From assembly GCF_006345805.1 (NCBI RefSeq), contig NC_043000.1, forward strand, positions 6,572,001 to 6,636,000: DNA of 64,000 nt, written 5' to 3'. Of this stretch, positions 1 to 12,144 are shown piece by piece; position 1 is the stretch's first letter; each line of letters starts with the position of its first letter. This DNA is from Octopus sinensis (lineage: Eukaryota). The position numbers and the translations under genes were made by a program. The notes under the pieces were generated by a model, which was given only the letters and a program-made list of their open reading frames with translations, searched no databases and was not told where the DNA came from.

Positions 1-395
1 AGTATAGGCCGTCATTGACTTCCCTTTACTGTTCTTGCCACTGGGTTGTCTTTCTTGCATCCCTTCACTTGGATCCCTACATTTTCAGTTCTGCCTAATT
101 ATCCTTTTGGATTTTGCTGCACTGCATCATGTTTCCCTGTAAGAAGGCCTTCCTCTCCCAGGTCTAGTTGCTTTTTTAATTGTCATTGATGTTTCTGTAT
201 CTTTGCTTTTTTCTAAGTAAAAGTATTGACCCTAAGCAAACCTATTTTTACCTCAGGGAAAAAGTGACCCATATTAGTTTGGCCTCTGTCTTTTAACCTG
301 CCCAACATAGGAGGCTCTGCCAAAAGCTTGTTCTCCACTGACATAGCTCTCAGGATCATTGAGTCACACAATTCACCACACCACAATGAGGACTG
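1..395 (-). mobile_element. Degenerate 5' region of an RTE/BovB-like LINE
   Basis: Reverse complement of ~300-395 (TTGTGGTGTGGTGAATTGTGTGACTCAATGATCCTGAGAGCTATGTC...) resembles the 5' leader of BovB/RTE elements as I recall it; no intact ORF. Confidence 0.4.
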
Positions 396-539
396 GACCG
401 TTTGATGGCCCTTTCTCTTAACTAAACCAATAGAACAATTTAAGTGTCTTTTAACTGGTAAATTTACCAGATTACTTACTGAGAGATGTGAGTTTAAATT
501 TCACTTGGTATCTGTTTTATTTTCTTTTTCTGTTAAGAA

Positions 540-770
540 TGTAAGCTGGCAGAATTATTCCAGTTTTGGACAAAACGTGTTACGGTATCTCTTTTGTTTC
601 TTCAAATTCTGAATTCAAACTCCGCCAAGGTCAACATTACCTTTCATCCTTTTAGTGTCAATAAGATAATGTGCTAGCCAAATACTGAGGTTTGGGGTTG
701 AGAGTATTGACTAGCCTCCTCCTCATCCCATCAAAATTGCTAACTTTGTATCTAAACTACAAACTATTAT
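540..770 (+). mobile_element. SINE copy (GAATTCAAACTCCGCCAAGGTCAAC...CCTTTCATCCTTT family)
   Basis: Same core occurs, mostly in opposite orientation, at ~10385-10590, 10600-10760, 10760-10960, 12190-12365 and 14960-15165. Confidence 0.6.
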
Positions 771-819
771 TTACTTTATTGTTGCATCGTTTTTGCCTAT
801 GTATATATCAATGTGAAAG

Positions 820-1145
820 TGTATGGCTCAGTGGTTAGAACATCAGGCTCACAATCATGAAGTAGTGAGTTTGATTCCCAGACTGGATTGTGTGTTGCAT
901 TCTTGAGCAAGACACTTTATTTCACATTGCTCCTGTTCACTCAGCTGTAGAAATGAGTTGCAATGTCACTGGTGCCAAGTTATATCAGCCTTTGCCTTTC
1001 CCTTGGCATCAGTGGTATGGAGAGGGGAAGCTGGTATGCATTGGCAATTGCTGGTCTTCCATAAACAACCTTGCCTAGACTTGTACCTCAGAGAGTAACT
1101 TTCTAGGTGCAATCTCATGGTCATCCATGACCGAAGGGGATCTTT
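820..1145 (+). mobile_element. tRNA-derived SINE
   Basis: A-box-like TGGCTCAGTGG at 825 and B-box-like GTTTGATTCC at ~869; body shares CTTGAGCAAGACACTT...TTTCACATTGCTCC...CACTCAGCTG with the 29077-29320 and 35446-35690 copies. Confidence 0.7.
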
Positions 1146-1597
1146 ACACATCGATGCCAAATATCTCGGTCCTTTGTCATCTCCTCAGGACACTGAGCTT
1201 TACAGAGGAGATGACAAAGGACTGAGATATTTGGTACCTTGCTGTACTCAAGAAGACCTTTCCACCACAGCAGAATTATTAATGCCATACCCACTGTTGA
1301 AGAGGATTGGCTTGCAAGAGCCCTGCACTGGTGCCACATTAAACCACCTGTGCTGACACCATGTAAAAAGTTCCCTTGTTGGGGCCATATGATAGCACCC
1401 ATGCCAGCACCATGTAGAAGCACTCATGCTGGTACAACATAAAATTCACTTTGTACACTCTCTAAAGCAGTTGGCATTAGGAAGGGCATCCAGCAGGCCA
1501 GCACTACTCAAACCATCCCGTGATTGCTAGCATGGAAAACAGATGCTAAATGATGAGGATAATGATGATGATTATGATTTAATGTATACAAAGTGTG

Positions 1598-1900
1598 TGG
1601 AGGCACAATGATCTAGTGGTTAGGGCAGCAGACTTGCAGTCAGAGGATCATGGTTTCAATTCCCAGACCAGGCGTTGTGTGTGTTTATTGAGTGCAAACA
1701 CCTAAAAGCTCCACAAGGCTCCAGCAGGGGGTGGTGATGACCCCTGTTGTACTCTTTCGCCCCAACTTTCTCTCACTCTCTCTTCCTGTTTCTTGAGTAA
1801 CGCTGCGATGGACTGGGGTCCCGTCCAGCTGGGGGACACATATGCCACAGAAACCAGGAAACCGGGCCCATGAGCCTGGCTAAGCTTGAAAAGGGCAACG
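1598..1900 (+). mobile_element. tRNA-derived SINE
   Basis: tRNA-like head (TCTAGTGGTTAGGGCAGCAGAC...GGTTTCAATTCCCAG); 3' part GAAACCGGGCCCATGAGCCTGGCTA...AAAAGGG shared with the 29077 and 35446 copies. Confidence 0.7.
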
Positions 1901-2154
1901 TTTATCGTATACAAAGTGTACATTTTCAATGACTTTGACTCCTCAACCAATTGGATTCAGCAAGTATGGATGATTTATGTAACTGTGCAGTGTAAATGTA
2001 GTTTGTTAACACACTGGAATCTGCAATTTTTTGTATCTATCGTATTTTAGATGTATTATAAAGATATTTGCCTATTAATGCAACATGTGCACACAAGTAG
2101 GTTAAACAGAATTGATCAGGAGATGACCTCAAAATAGTGTGTTGCATTGCCATA

Positions 2155-2512
2155 GATGTGTGTGTGTGTGTGAGTATGTGTGTGTGTGTGAGTATGTATG
2201 TGTATATCAGCAGCAGCACAACCACTACTACATTACTGCAACCATCACCACCACCACCCCTACCGCCATTACTACATCATCAAGTTCATACCACCTTCGC
2301 CACTGCCACTACCACAGTCACTGCTACCCCACCTCCATCATCATCATTTCACAACAATTTTTCCACTCTAGTATGGAATGAAATACACACACACACACAC
2401 GCACACATGCACACACACACACGATCATACGTACACATGCACACACATACACACACATGTGTATGCACATGGACACACGCACACACACATACACACAATG
2501 TGCACACACACG
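2155..2512. repeat. Compound (TG)n / (CAC)n-(CAT)n / (CA)n low-complexity tract
   Basis: Direct inspection; explains the overlapping His/Thr/Val/Cys-rich ORFs. Confidence 0.9.
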
Positions 2513-4686
2513 AAAAAACTTCTTTATTCCCATCAATTCAAAACCACAGACTATACTTCACACAATCAATATATAATACAAATTGCAGTGTAAACGTGAA
2601 AGTTATAAACTTCATGACTCAAACTGTTACATTCTACACAGAAATAAAGTGAAATACTTTCTTGCCATTTGCTTTTCCTCCATTCAGTTCTATTCGTTTC
2701 ATGCCTTAAGAGTCCACACAGACACCTCGTCATCCCTATTTTCATCTCCTTTCAGCTTCCCTCAGATCACCCCCACTCCACTCTGATCACCCTTCCCCCG
2801 CTCTCTTCTAAAATATGAGTAGCCCTGTAGCCCCACTGTAGCAAGAAACCTGTTCTGCCCCGACTCCTTTTCTCATCTCCTGGCATAAATTGTGGCTCTT
2901 GGGATTTGTAGTCTTGTAAGGAAGATGCCAACTTCACAAGTGCTGGTGGCATGAAAAGTGCACCCAGTATATGCTGTAAAGCAGTTGCTTTAGGGAGGAG
3001 TAACAATTAAGGTAGCATGACCAACATGGGTAGGTTGTGGTCTATACTGATGGCAAGGATTAAATACCCTGCCCTCATATGGGAGGGGGGAGTCAGTTAG
3101 GCCTACCGTGGTATATTTAGGTTGTGAGCAGCCAGGAGCTTAAAGTCATTAGTAGGGTACACACAACAATAGGCACAAATACACACCTACACAGCCTCCA
3201 ATCCTCACCCCAGCCTGTAACAGCCAAAATTTCCCACTAGAAAGATCCTGCCTCTCAAGGCTGTAGTCTATCAAACCACTCTCACACCATCTGATGGCAA
3301 AATACTGCATTGGCCAGAAAACCAATAACTTTAAAGGAAGGTATACTTGTTCCTATGCACCCATGAAACTCCTTCGGGTGCAGGGAAAGGAAAACTCTGC
3401 TTCCCTGTTTCATTTAATCTAGACACTATGACCATTGAAGTGACTTCCCCAATATAAAATGGAGTATTTTTGACAGGGCCTCCTTACTCACAGAGAGTTT
3501 GCTATCACCAACTGAGTTTCTGTGAGAAATTACACACACTTTACCAACAGTATCCACCAATAGGAAGAATGAGCTATTTTCTTGTTGCCACTAGATGTAC
3601 TTCCTGTTAATGAAATTTTAGCCTCTGGCTACTGATAACCCAGATATACCACCCTATGCCTAGCTGACCCACAAGCAAGGACAGGTATTTAATATCAATT
3701 GGCTATGTAGATTACAGTCCACTCATGTTGGTTATGCAACCTCAACTGTAGATCAGGACCGTTTGAACACCTGATATGATGGATGTTCCTGTGCACCTAT
3801 TAAATGTTAAGTCGTTTGGAGCTGAGTCAAACCATCATTAAATACATGCTGCTCCAACTAAATGTTTCGTGCGATTTGCTTTCATTTGTCCAGAAACTCA
3901 TGTGAGTGTGTGCATGCACGTATGCATGTGTGTTCATGTGTGCATATGCATGGGAGTCTATGTGTGTCTGTGTGTGTGTAAGGATATATGCATTCATTTC
4001 AATGTAGCAGACCTTCATATATTATCTATATGTATATTTATGAGAAATAAGACAGTTACAACAATAATGCAAACAGTTTTTATGTAAATAAAGCTAAGCT
4101 TAATCTGTCTACCTATCTATATATCTAGCTATCTATCTATTCCTTCTTAGAGCCCTCTATCTACGAATTTATCTACATTGATATATATATATGTTCAACT
4201 CACAATTTATTCAAATTTTATTTTGCCTTCATACGCATGTACAAAACCACTCTTTATCAGAGATGTACCCTCTGGGTAGGCAAGGGAGGCCATGCCTACC
4301 TAAACTAATAAATATCAATTATTACATATAAAATATGTTAATTTAATGTATGGAATTCAATATAGCATTCTGCAAACACCTAATTTATCTTCTGTGATAT
4401 TGAGATTCTTCCATACATATGTTGAGCCTTCATTTTCTGGAGTGTTTTAAGTTTTAAATGTGGAAATATCTTTAGTGCAATATTAGACTCTGGGAGATGC
4501 TAATTCATGTAGCCTATCTACTGGCAGCGAAATTGTCTGTGGTTTTCAAGGGACATGAGAAGAGACTACATTGTTAAGTTTATCCAGGACAAAGACATTT
4601 ATATTTGTTATCCTGATAGTGAAATGTGTTGAGAGTCCACTTGGTTGAAGCATCATAAAAAAATCTGATTCAATGAATTCTGTCTG

Positions 4687-4706
4687 ATATATATAAATAT
4701 ATATAT

Positions 4707-4797
<91 letters not shown>
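4687..4797. repeat. (TA)n followed by (GATA)n microsatellite
   Basis: Direct inspection. Confidence 0.95.
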
Positions 4798-4799
4798 GA

Positions 4800-4939
4800 A
4801 TTTTTTGCGTAATACGATAAAAAAACCAAGGATGTATAGATATTAGAGCATTTATAGATAGAAGGTCTTACAGCTGTTTCTAGGATATTAATTAATAATA
4901 ATATCCCTTCACTGAAGACAGTGTGAGAGGAAAGTTAAG

Positions 4940-4940
<1 letters not shown>
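4800..4940 (-). mobile_element. Penelope-like pseudo-LTR fragment with degenerate minimal hammerhead
   Basis: Reverse complement of 4865-4918 is GTCT-TCAGTGA-A-GGGATATT..AATATCCT-A-GAAA-CAGCTG-TA-AGAC, the same family as 11615-11666 but with the CUGAUGA box mutated; lies between microsatellites. Confidence 0.6.
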
Positions 4941-4971
<31 letters not shown>

Positions 4972-5510
4972 CAAATTAATAAATAAAACATATGCATATA
5001 TGCATGTATATATAAATGCATATATAGCTACAGGACACCAAAAAAATCGTCGAACACAATGAGAAACGAAAACACAAACACAAAACCAAGGAAAGTGTAG
5101 ACGGCTTTCCTGTGTCTCTCTCTCTCGCCCTTTTCAAAAAGCTTTCATAATATTTTCTCTCATTTGACTTAACAGCCCTTTTTGTCTGTGTTACTGTTAT
5201 TCTCCTTGTCCTGTCTTTTACTGTTTATATTTTGTACTGTCTTTGCTGTCCTGTTTTTGTTACCATTTCTACCCCTCCGCAAAAAAATCTCAAATTTTAT
5301 TTAATTTGCTTTTGCGGGAAAGAATGTTTCAATGAAGTCGTGTCTCGCCTTTACCTTCGAAATGCGGAGTAGATGAAACAGAGGCAACTGAAGAAGGGGA
5401 ATTTTCCTTGTATTGTATGTCCTGTACTCTATTTTTTCAGGTCCAGTACACTCTCAATGCTAATAATGCAGTATTCAGTGTTCTAACAAAGTACCAATAT
5501 ATATATTGGT

Positions 5511-5605
5511 TAAAGACTTTTTCTATTCCCGAGCATTATACTAATACATCTGTTTGTTTTCTACACCACCTGTCTTCGTCTTTTGTTTTTTTTTGTGAAT
5601 TCTCC

Positions 5606-5610
<5 letters not shown>
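5511..5610 (+). mobile_element. Penelope-like pseudo-LTR 3' fragment (no ribozyme core) ending in (TA)n
   Basis: Aligns by eye with 8886-8978 (AAAGACTTTTTCTATT..GAGC.TTATACTAATACAT...TACACCACCTGTCTTCGTCTTTTG). Confidence 0.65.
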
Positions 5611-5664
<54 letters not shown>

Positions 5665-6105
5665 TACTTTGTTAGAACACTGATACTGCATTATTAGCAT
5701 TGAGAGTGTACTGGACCTCATCAGTGGAAAGAGCTGGCCACTGCATACCAGTCAACTCTCACTGGCATGATATATAGAATACTAGCATCTTTTCAGACAC
5801 TGATGTCACAAATAGTCAGCAAGCTTATTAAGAATTAATGATTAGAAGCAGTGCTAATACCAAAAGGTAATCTTTAAATTCTAAATGTAGAAAATCTTTA
5901 TGTCCTGTTTAATTTAACACAGATGCCTTGTGAGAACACTTAATACTGTGTTATTGGCCTCGAGAGATCCTCTCTTAAAGGGGCATAGTGCCTAAAAGCA
6001 CACACATAAATTGTAGTAGATAAGAATCATCTGTCATGGATGCCAGAGTTCCCATATCACATTATGTCGGCCTGCAGGGTCTCATCAGTGCAAAGCACCA
6101 GCATT

Positions 6106-6683
6106 GTGAAAGGTAGACTGTATGATGCATGTGTGCGAACTGCCATGCTTCAAGGTAGTGAAACATGGGCCATGACTGCTGAAGACATGCATAGGCTCAA
6201 AAGAAATGAAGCTAGCATGATCCGCTGGATGTGTAATGTCAATGTGCACACACAACAGAGAGTAAGCACCCTGAGAGAAATGTTAGACATAAGAAGCATT
6301 GGATGTGGTGTGCAAGAGAGACGTTTGTGTTGGTATGGTCATGTACTGCGAATGGACAAGGAGAGCTGTGTGAAGAAGTGCCACTCCCAAACAGTGGAAG
6401 GAATTTAGGGGTAGAGGGAGACCCAGAAAGACATGGGATGAAGTGGTGAAGCATGACCTTCAAACGTTGGGTCTCACAGAGGCAATGACAAAAGACCAAG
6501 ACCTTTGGAGGTATGCTGTGACTGAGAAGACCCGGCAAATAAAGTGAGTCTACAGCTGTAACCTACACCAGTGTCGCATAACCAGCCGACTCAAAAGTAC
6601 CTTGGATCGTAGGGTGACATGCCATGCTTGAGGAGACTTATTGAGTCAAGTACTCAAAATCAACATCAACAGCAATATCAAAA
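6106..6683 (+). mobile_element. RTE LINE 3' fragment (C-terminus of ORF plus start of 3' UTR)
   Basis: ORF 6040-6408 contains VKGRLYDACVRTAMLQGSETWAMT...RWMC...WYGHVLRM, nearly the same as the C-terminus of the LINE at 29331-32344. Confidence 0.85.
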
Positions 6684-6685
6684 TC

Positions 6686-7420
6686 TGCATTTCTTTACAC
6701 AACTGTCTTCATCGATATGCATCACATGACCATATCAATACAGTCGTCTCTCTTGCACACCACATCTGATGCCTCTTATGCCCAACTTTTCTCTCAAGAT
6801 GCTTACACTCTGTCGTACATGCACACTGACATAGCTTATAACAGCTTCATTTCTTTCAAGCCTATGCATGTCCTCGGCTGTCACAGCCCATATTTCACCT
6901 CCATGTAACACAGCTGTTCACACACAGGCATCATACAATCTGCGTTGCACTCTGAGGAGAGGCCCTTTGTTGCTTGCAGAGGTAGGACCTCTCTGAACTT
7001 TGCCCAGCCTATTCTTATTCTCACAGCTATGCTCTCAGAGCTAGGTCACTAGATAACAGAAGCTATTTACTAACTCTAGCTTACCCACATGGCAGTTGAT
7101 GGAGTCTGTTTTCTGCACATTTTCAGTGTTTATTGTACTTGTGCATCTTCCACACACAAAAGTTATTTTCCCTGTTAACTTTCCTCTGATATTGCTGCAC
7201 CTCTTATGTGTCCATAGCTTACACCGGGTACACCTTAAGGAGTTTCTACTTATGCCTGTGCCTTTTCTACAGATCAAGCAGGGCCATCTACCCAAAGGGA
7301 TCTGTGATTTGTCTACCTTCCTACTTACTAAGACTTTGGTTTTTGCTAGGTTAACTCTAAGACCCTTCAATTCTAGACCTTGCTTCCATACCTGAAACTT
7401 CTCTAGTTCTGGTAGTGAAG
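6686..7420 (-). mobile_element. RTE LINE internal fragment (RT thumb/PHD-like region), degenerate
   Basis: ORF 7041-7433 has WKQGLELKGLRVNLAKTKV...CLICRKG...CTRCKLWTHKRC...CGRC, matching 30009-30680. Confidence 0.85.
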
Positions 7421-7871
7421 TAAGGATAAACACAAGTTTATATTATAGTTCCTATGTGTGCTTCACCGTTATCGTTTTTTTTCTTTAGGAGCCATGCAAT
7501 GGGTGTTACAAGTGCATTTAGATGCTCAATCACAATGGATCATCATTGCATTAGGTTACAGATAACATTGTCCAAAGTTCGATAGATGGTGAGCTATATT
7601 ACGCTATGCATGATATAAACTTGTGTTTATCTTTATTTCTCTTACATTTGATCTGCACTTCATAACCATTCACTCTACAATGAATGGAAACAGACTGGAT
7701 AATAATAATCTATGTGGAGCTCTTAACATAACAGTAGCAGTCATACATCTATTTGTACACACAATTTCTACCACATGTATATACATATGTGTGTATATGT
7801 GTGTGTGTGTTTGTGTTTGTGAGTGTGTGTGCATATGCATATGAGAGTGTGTGTTCATATATATGTATGTA

Positions 7872-7923
<52 letters not shown>

Positions 7924-8302
7924 TAATTTTGTGTGTGTGTGCGTTTTAGAGTGTACTATTTTTGAACAAATGAACAACTGACCAATATGTGTGTGTGTGT
8001 GTGTGTATTATGTATATATGTACACAGAAATACACACACACACACTTGGGTATACAAAGGTGCAAATAAGTACTCCTGATATTTCAAATTTTTCAAGCTG
8101 ATGATTCCTTTGCTGCATGAGTGAAGAATGCTAAGCGAGAACTGCAGAGTGTGAAGGCTGGGAGTCATCAGCTTTGAGCAACAGCCTGTATATGTATACG
8201 TGCATATACGTATGTGTACACACACACACACACATATAAATATGTATGCATGTATGTATATGTATGTATGTGTGTGTGTATGTATGTATGTATGTTTGTA
8301 TG

Positions 8303-8334
<32 letters not shown>

Positions 8335-8348
8335 CATGTGTGTATAAT

Positions 8349-8388
<40 letters not shown>

Positions 8389-8411
8389 GAGAGAGAGAGA
8401 GAAAGAGAGAG

Positions 8412-8486
8412 AGACCTTCTATCTATAAATGTTCTAAAATCTACACAGCCCTGGTTTTTTATCTCATTACAAAATAAAATTTATTT
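8412..8486 (+). mobile_element. Penelope-like pseudo-LTR 3' fragment (family of 11520-11726)
   Basis: AGACCTTCTATCTATAAAT...CTACACAGCC.TGGTTTTTT.ATCTCATTA matches 11663-11713; ends in (TA)n. Confidence 0.65.
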
Positions 8487-8554
8487 ATATATATACACAC
8501 ACACACACACACAACACACACACACACACACACACATACAAACACACACACACA

Positions 8555-8792
8555 CACGTAAAAAGCACCAACCAATTGTGGCCGTTGCCAGCCCGCTCTG
8601 GCCCCTGTGCCAGTGGCAGTAAAAAGCACCTACTACACTCATAGAGTGGTTGGCGTTTGGAAGGGCATCCAGCTGTAGAAACACTGCCAGATCAGACTGG
8701 AGCCTGGTGCAGTCTCCTGGCTTCCCAGACCCCAGTTGAGCCGTCCAACCCATGCTAGCATAGAAAACGGACGTTAAATGATGATAATGATC
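8555..8792 (+). mobile_element. RTE-LINE 3' tail copy (truncated LINE or tail-sharing SINE)
   Basis: AAAAAGCACC...GGAAGGGCATCCAGCTGTAGAAAC...CCAACCCATGCTAGCAT...CGTTAAATGATGAT; same sequence as the 3' UTR at 29331-29700. Confidence 0.85.
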
Positions 8793-8853
8793 ATGATCAT
8801 GGTAGATCGTTAGCCACTACACACATTTTTTTCTCTCCTTGTTTTCTGTGTCC

Positions 8854-8889
8854 CTTTCTGTAGAAGAGCATAGGCTCGAAACGTAAAAG
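8854..8889 (+). ncRNA. Minimal type I hammerhead-like motif (A6U variant) within Penelope-like pseudo-LTR ~8800-8978
   Basis: CTTT-CTGTAGA-A-GAGC-ATAG-GCTC-GAAA-CG-TA-AAAG: stem I CTTT/AAAG, stem II GAGC/GCTC, palindromic ACGT stem III, GUA triplet; core is CUGUAGA rather than CUGANGA. Confidence 0.55.
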
Positions 8890-8977
8890 ACTTTTTCTAT
8901 TTTGAGCGTTATACTAATACATTTGTTGTTTTGTACACCACCTGTCTTCGTCTTTTGTTTTTTTTGTAAACTGTCCC

Positions 8978-8999
8978 TATATATATATATTATATATAT

Positions 9000-9034
<35 letters not shown>

Positions 9035-9047
9035 CGTATGTATGTGC

Positions 9048-9091
<44 letters not shown>

Positions 9092-9165
9092 GTATATATA
9101 TATATATAATATATGTATGTATGTATGTATGTTATGTATATAATATATATATATATGTATGTGCG

Positions 9166-9234
<69 letters not shown>

Positions 9235-9254
9235 ATAATATATATATATATATA

Positions 9255-9315
<61 letters not shown>
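8978..9315. repeat. Long (TA)n/(TATG)n microsatellite
   Basis: Direct inspection. Confidence 0.95.
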
Positions 9316-9499
9316 AATTATATTCTTACTAGTATGTTATATATGATATGTATATGCAATTAATACACAATAAATAATGATACGTCCATATATATATATT
9401 TTACATTTTTACATTACTGCATGTACTTTATACGCACTTTCTGACAAGTTGTGGTGCACCTGAGCACTGTATACAATAATTTCATTATTATTATGAATA

Positions 9500-9808
9500 T
9501 ATACCTATAAGTCGATCAACATCAATGGAAATTACAGCTGTGATACCAGAGCCGGTGACAAGTAAGCGAACCATCCGATCGTGGCCATTGCCAGCACCGC
9601 CCTGACTGGCCTCCGTGCAGGTGGCACGTAAAAAGCACCCACTACACTCACGGAGTGGTTGGCGTTAGGAAGGGCATCCAGCTGTAGAAGCACTGCCAGA
9701 TCAGACTGGGCCTGATGCAGCCTCCTGGCTTCCCAGACCCCAGTCGAACCGTCCAACTCATGCTAGCATGGAGAACGGACGCTAAATGATGATGATGATG
9801 ATGATGAT
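9500..9808 (+). mobile_element. RTE-LINE 3' tail copy ending in (GAT)n
   Basis: Matches the reverse complement of 29331-29700. Confidence 0.85.
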
Positions 9809-10384
9809 ATATGTAAATACATATGCACATATATGCATACACTCATACTCATAAATATATATATACATACAATATATACACTCATATATTCATGTGCATG
9901 TGTTTGTGTGTATGTGTGGGAGTGTGTGTGAGAGTGTGTATGTGTATATATATATATATATGTACGTGTATGTATACATTTGCGTGTGTATGTGTATATG
10001 CACTTCTGTGTTTGTATGGGTATTATCGTGTGTGTGGATATACTTACATGTGCACCACATGTATGTTTAAGCTTTTAAGGTACTTTTTCAGTTCACAATT
10101 TGGTGACCCATCCCCAGACAAACACTGAAACTCAGACATTCAGACTTATCAATCAATAAAACATCTATTTATAGCTTATTTGTCTCTAGTGAAAAAAAAA
10201 AAAATAATTATGTGCACTTGTGTTCCAAAAACATGGCATTTGTTTACTCTGTTAGTGAAAGTTTTAAAAAAATGGAAAAAACAGAAAGAAGATATTATTA
10301 TATGGTAATAGTGATGGTGGGAATACATATTAAAAATCAGACGTAATAAAGCAAGTCTCATTAATTAATCTCTAAGTATATTTA

Positions 10385-10960
10385 ATATTGGTTTCAAATT
10401 TTGGTATAAGGCCAAAAGTTTGGGGATGGGTGGGGGTTAAGTCAATTAAATCAACCCCAGTATTCAACCGGTACTTATTTTATTGACTCTGAAAAGATGA
10501 AAGGCAAAGTTAACCCCAGCAGAATTTGGACTCGGAACATAAAAACAGACTAAATGCCACTAAGAGTTTTGCCTGTGTGCTAACGATTCAGCTAATTTGC
10601 TGCCCTAAACATAATTAAAATTCTGTCACAGTCAACTTTGCCTTTCATCTTTTTGGGGTTGATGAAATAAAGTACCAGTTGAGTACTGTGCTCGGGTTGT
10701 AACCAACAAACCCCATTCCACGAAATTTCACGCCTTGTGTCTATAGTAGAAAGAATATTGAATATTGGTTTCAAATTTTGGCACAATGCCAGCAATTTTG
10801 GGGAGGAGGCTAAGTTGATTACATCGACCCCCATCATTCAGCTGGCAACCATTCTTATTTTATCAATCCTAAAAAGATGAGAGACAAAAGTCAATATCGG
10901 TGAAGTCTGAACTCAGAACATGAAGATAGGTGAAATGCTGCTGAACCTTTTGCTCATTGC
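10385..10960. mobile_element. Cluster of three SINE copies in alternating orientation
   Basis: Repeated TATTGGTTTCAAATTTTGG...ACCCC...GATGAAAGGCAAAGT motif at ~10387 and ~10763 and its reverse complement at ~10630-10680. Confidence 0.7.
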
Positions 10961-11002
10961 ACTGAAAAGTAATATTAAGTATTAAGTGTTGTGAATAAAT
11001 GA

Positions 11003-11176
11003 AGGTGTAGGAGTGGCTGTGTGGTAAGTAGCTTGCTTACCAACCACATGGTTCCTGGTTCAGTCCCACTGCATGGCACCTTGGACAAGTGTCTTCTACT
11101 ATAACCTCAGGCCAACCAAAGCCTTGTGAGAGGATTTGATAGACAGAAACTGAAAGAAACCCATCGTATATATGTG

Positions 11177-11231
<55 letters not shown>

Positions 11232-11430
11232 TTGTGTGTCTGTGTTTGTCCCCCAACATCGATTGACAACCAATGCTGGAGTGTTTACGTCCCCATAACT
11301 TAGCAGTTTGGCAAAAGAGACCGATAAAATAAGTACTAGGCTTAGAAAGAATAAGTCCTGGGGTCGATTTGCTCGACTAAAGGCAGTGCTCCAGCATGGC
11401 CACAGTCAAATGAGTGAAACAAGTAAAAGA
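11003..11430 (+). mobile_element. tRNA-derived SINE with internal (TG)n
   Basis: Head GGAGTGGCTGTGTGGTAAG...GGTTCAGTCCC; tail (GTAAAAGA)n; near-identical inverted copy at 15264-15675 and partial copy at 39542-39880. Confidence 0.85.
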
Positions 11431-11614
11431 GTAAAGATTAAAAGAGAGCATGTGGCCAGTGGTTAGCATGCTGGCTATTGTAGGGATTTTGCATAGGGAT
11501 CTACAAATGCAATATCCCTACATATACCATATCTATTTTCTTTTATTTCCACCACTTCACTCTCTATTTTATATCTTATCTAAATTAACTATTACTTAAC
11601 CATCCTCTCACACC

Positions 11615-11666
11615 GTCTCTGATGAAGGGATATAATTAATAAATATCCTGGAAACAGCTGTAAGAC
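11615..11666 (+). ncRNA. Minimal type I hammerhead ribozyme motif in Penelope-like pseudo-LTR (~11520-11726)
   Basis: GTCT-CTGATGA-A-GGGATAT-loop-ATATCCT-G-GAAA-CAGCTG-TA-AGAC: canonical CUGAUGA and GAAA boxes, palindromic stem III ACAGCTGT, GUA triplet (cut after 11662), stem I GTCT/AGAC. Confidence 0.7.
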
Positions 11667-11878
11667 CTTCTATCTATAAATCTACACAGCCTTGGTTTTT
11701 TTTTATCTCATTATGAAAAAAAATTTATATATATATATATACACACATATATTGGAAACAAATGATGCCAAAAGTTTTATAATATATATATATATATAAT
11801 AATAAATATTAGGGAATAAATCCAAATTTACAGGGAAAAATCAGATTTAGGATTGAATCCAATTTTATAGCAAAATAT

Positions 11879-12043
11879 TATATATATAATATTAATTAGA
11901 GACAAAACCACTATTTTGCAAATCAAACAAAGAAAGACTTAATCCAATACATAAAAAAATTTAATATAAATTAAATAAATTTTTTTATGTATTGGATTAA
12001 GTCTTTCTTTGTTTGATTTGCAAAATAGTGGTTTTGTCTCTAA

Positions 12044-12060
<17 letters not shown>
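11879..12060. repeat. Perfect 85-bp inverted repeat with 12-nt spacer
   Basis: 11879-11963 is the exact reverse complement of 11976-12060; flanked by (TA)n. Confidence 0.9.
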
Positions 12061-12086
<26 letters not shown>

Positions 12087-12144
12087 GAATCATGTTTTGT
12101 TTTGGAAAAATTTTATAAGGTTTGAACTTTCATTATATATTTCA

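Noticed and set aside
290-395. HDV-like ribozyme at the RTE 5' end
   Set aside because: Known for some RTE elements, but this copy is too decayed for me to build the nested double pseudoknot.
820-890. tRNA genes at SINE heads (also ~1600, 11010, 29250)
   Set aside because: A/B boxes only, no complete cloverleaf, and continuous with SINE bodies.
7489-7588. Plus-strand exon-like segment with strong acceptor and GTGAGC donor
   Set aside because: Stops in all three frames and no linked exons; could only be non-coding, unsupported.
2137-9309. His/Thr, Val/Cys and Ile/Tyr-rich ORFs (e.g. 2137-2652, 8200-8622, 8902-9309)
   Set aside because: Translations of (CA)n, (TG)n and (TA)n microsatellites.
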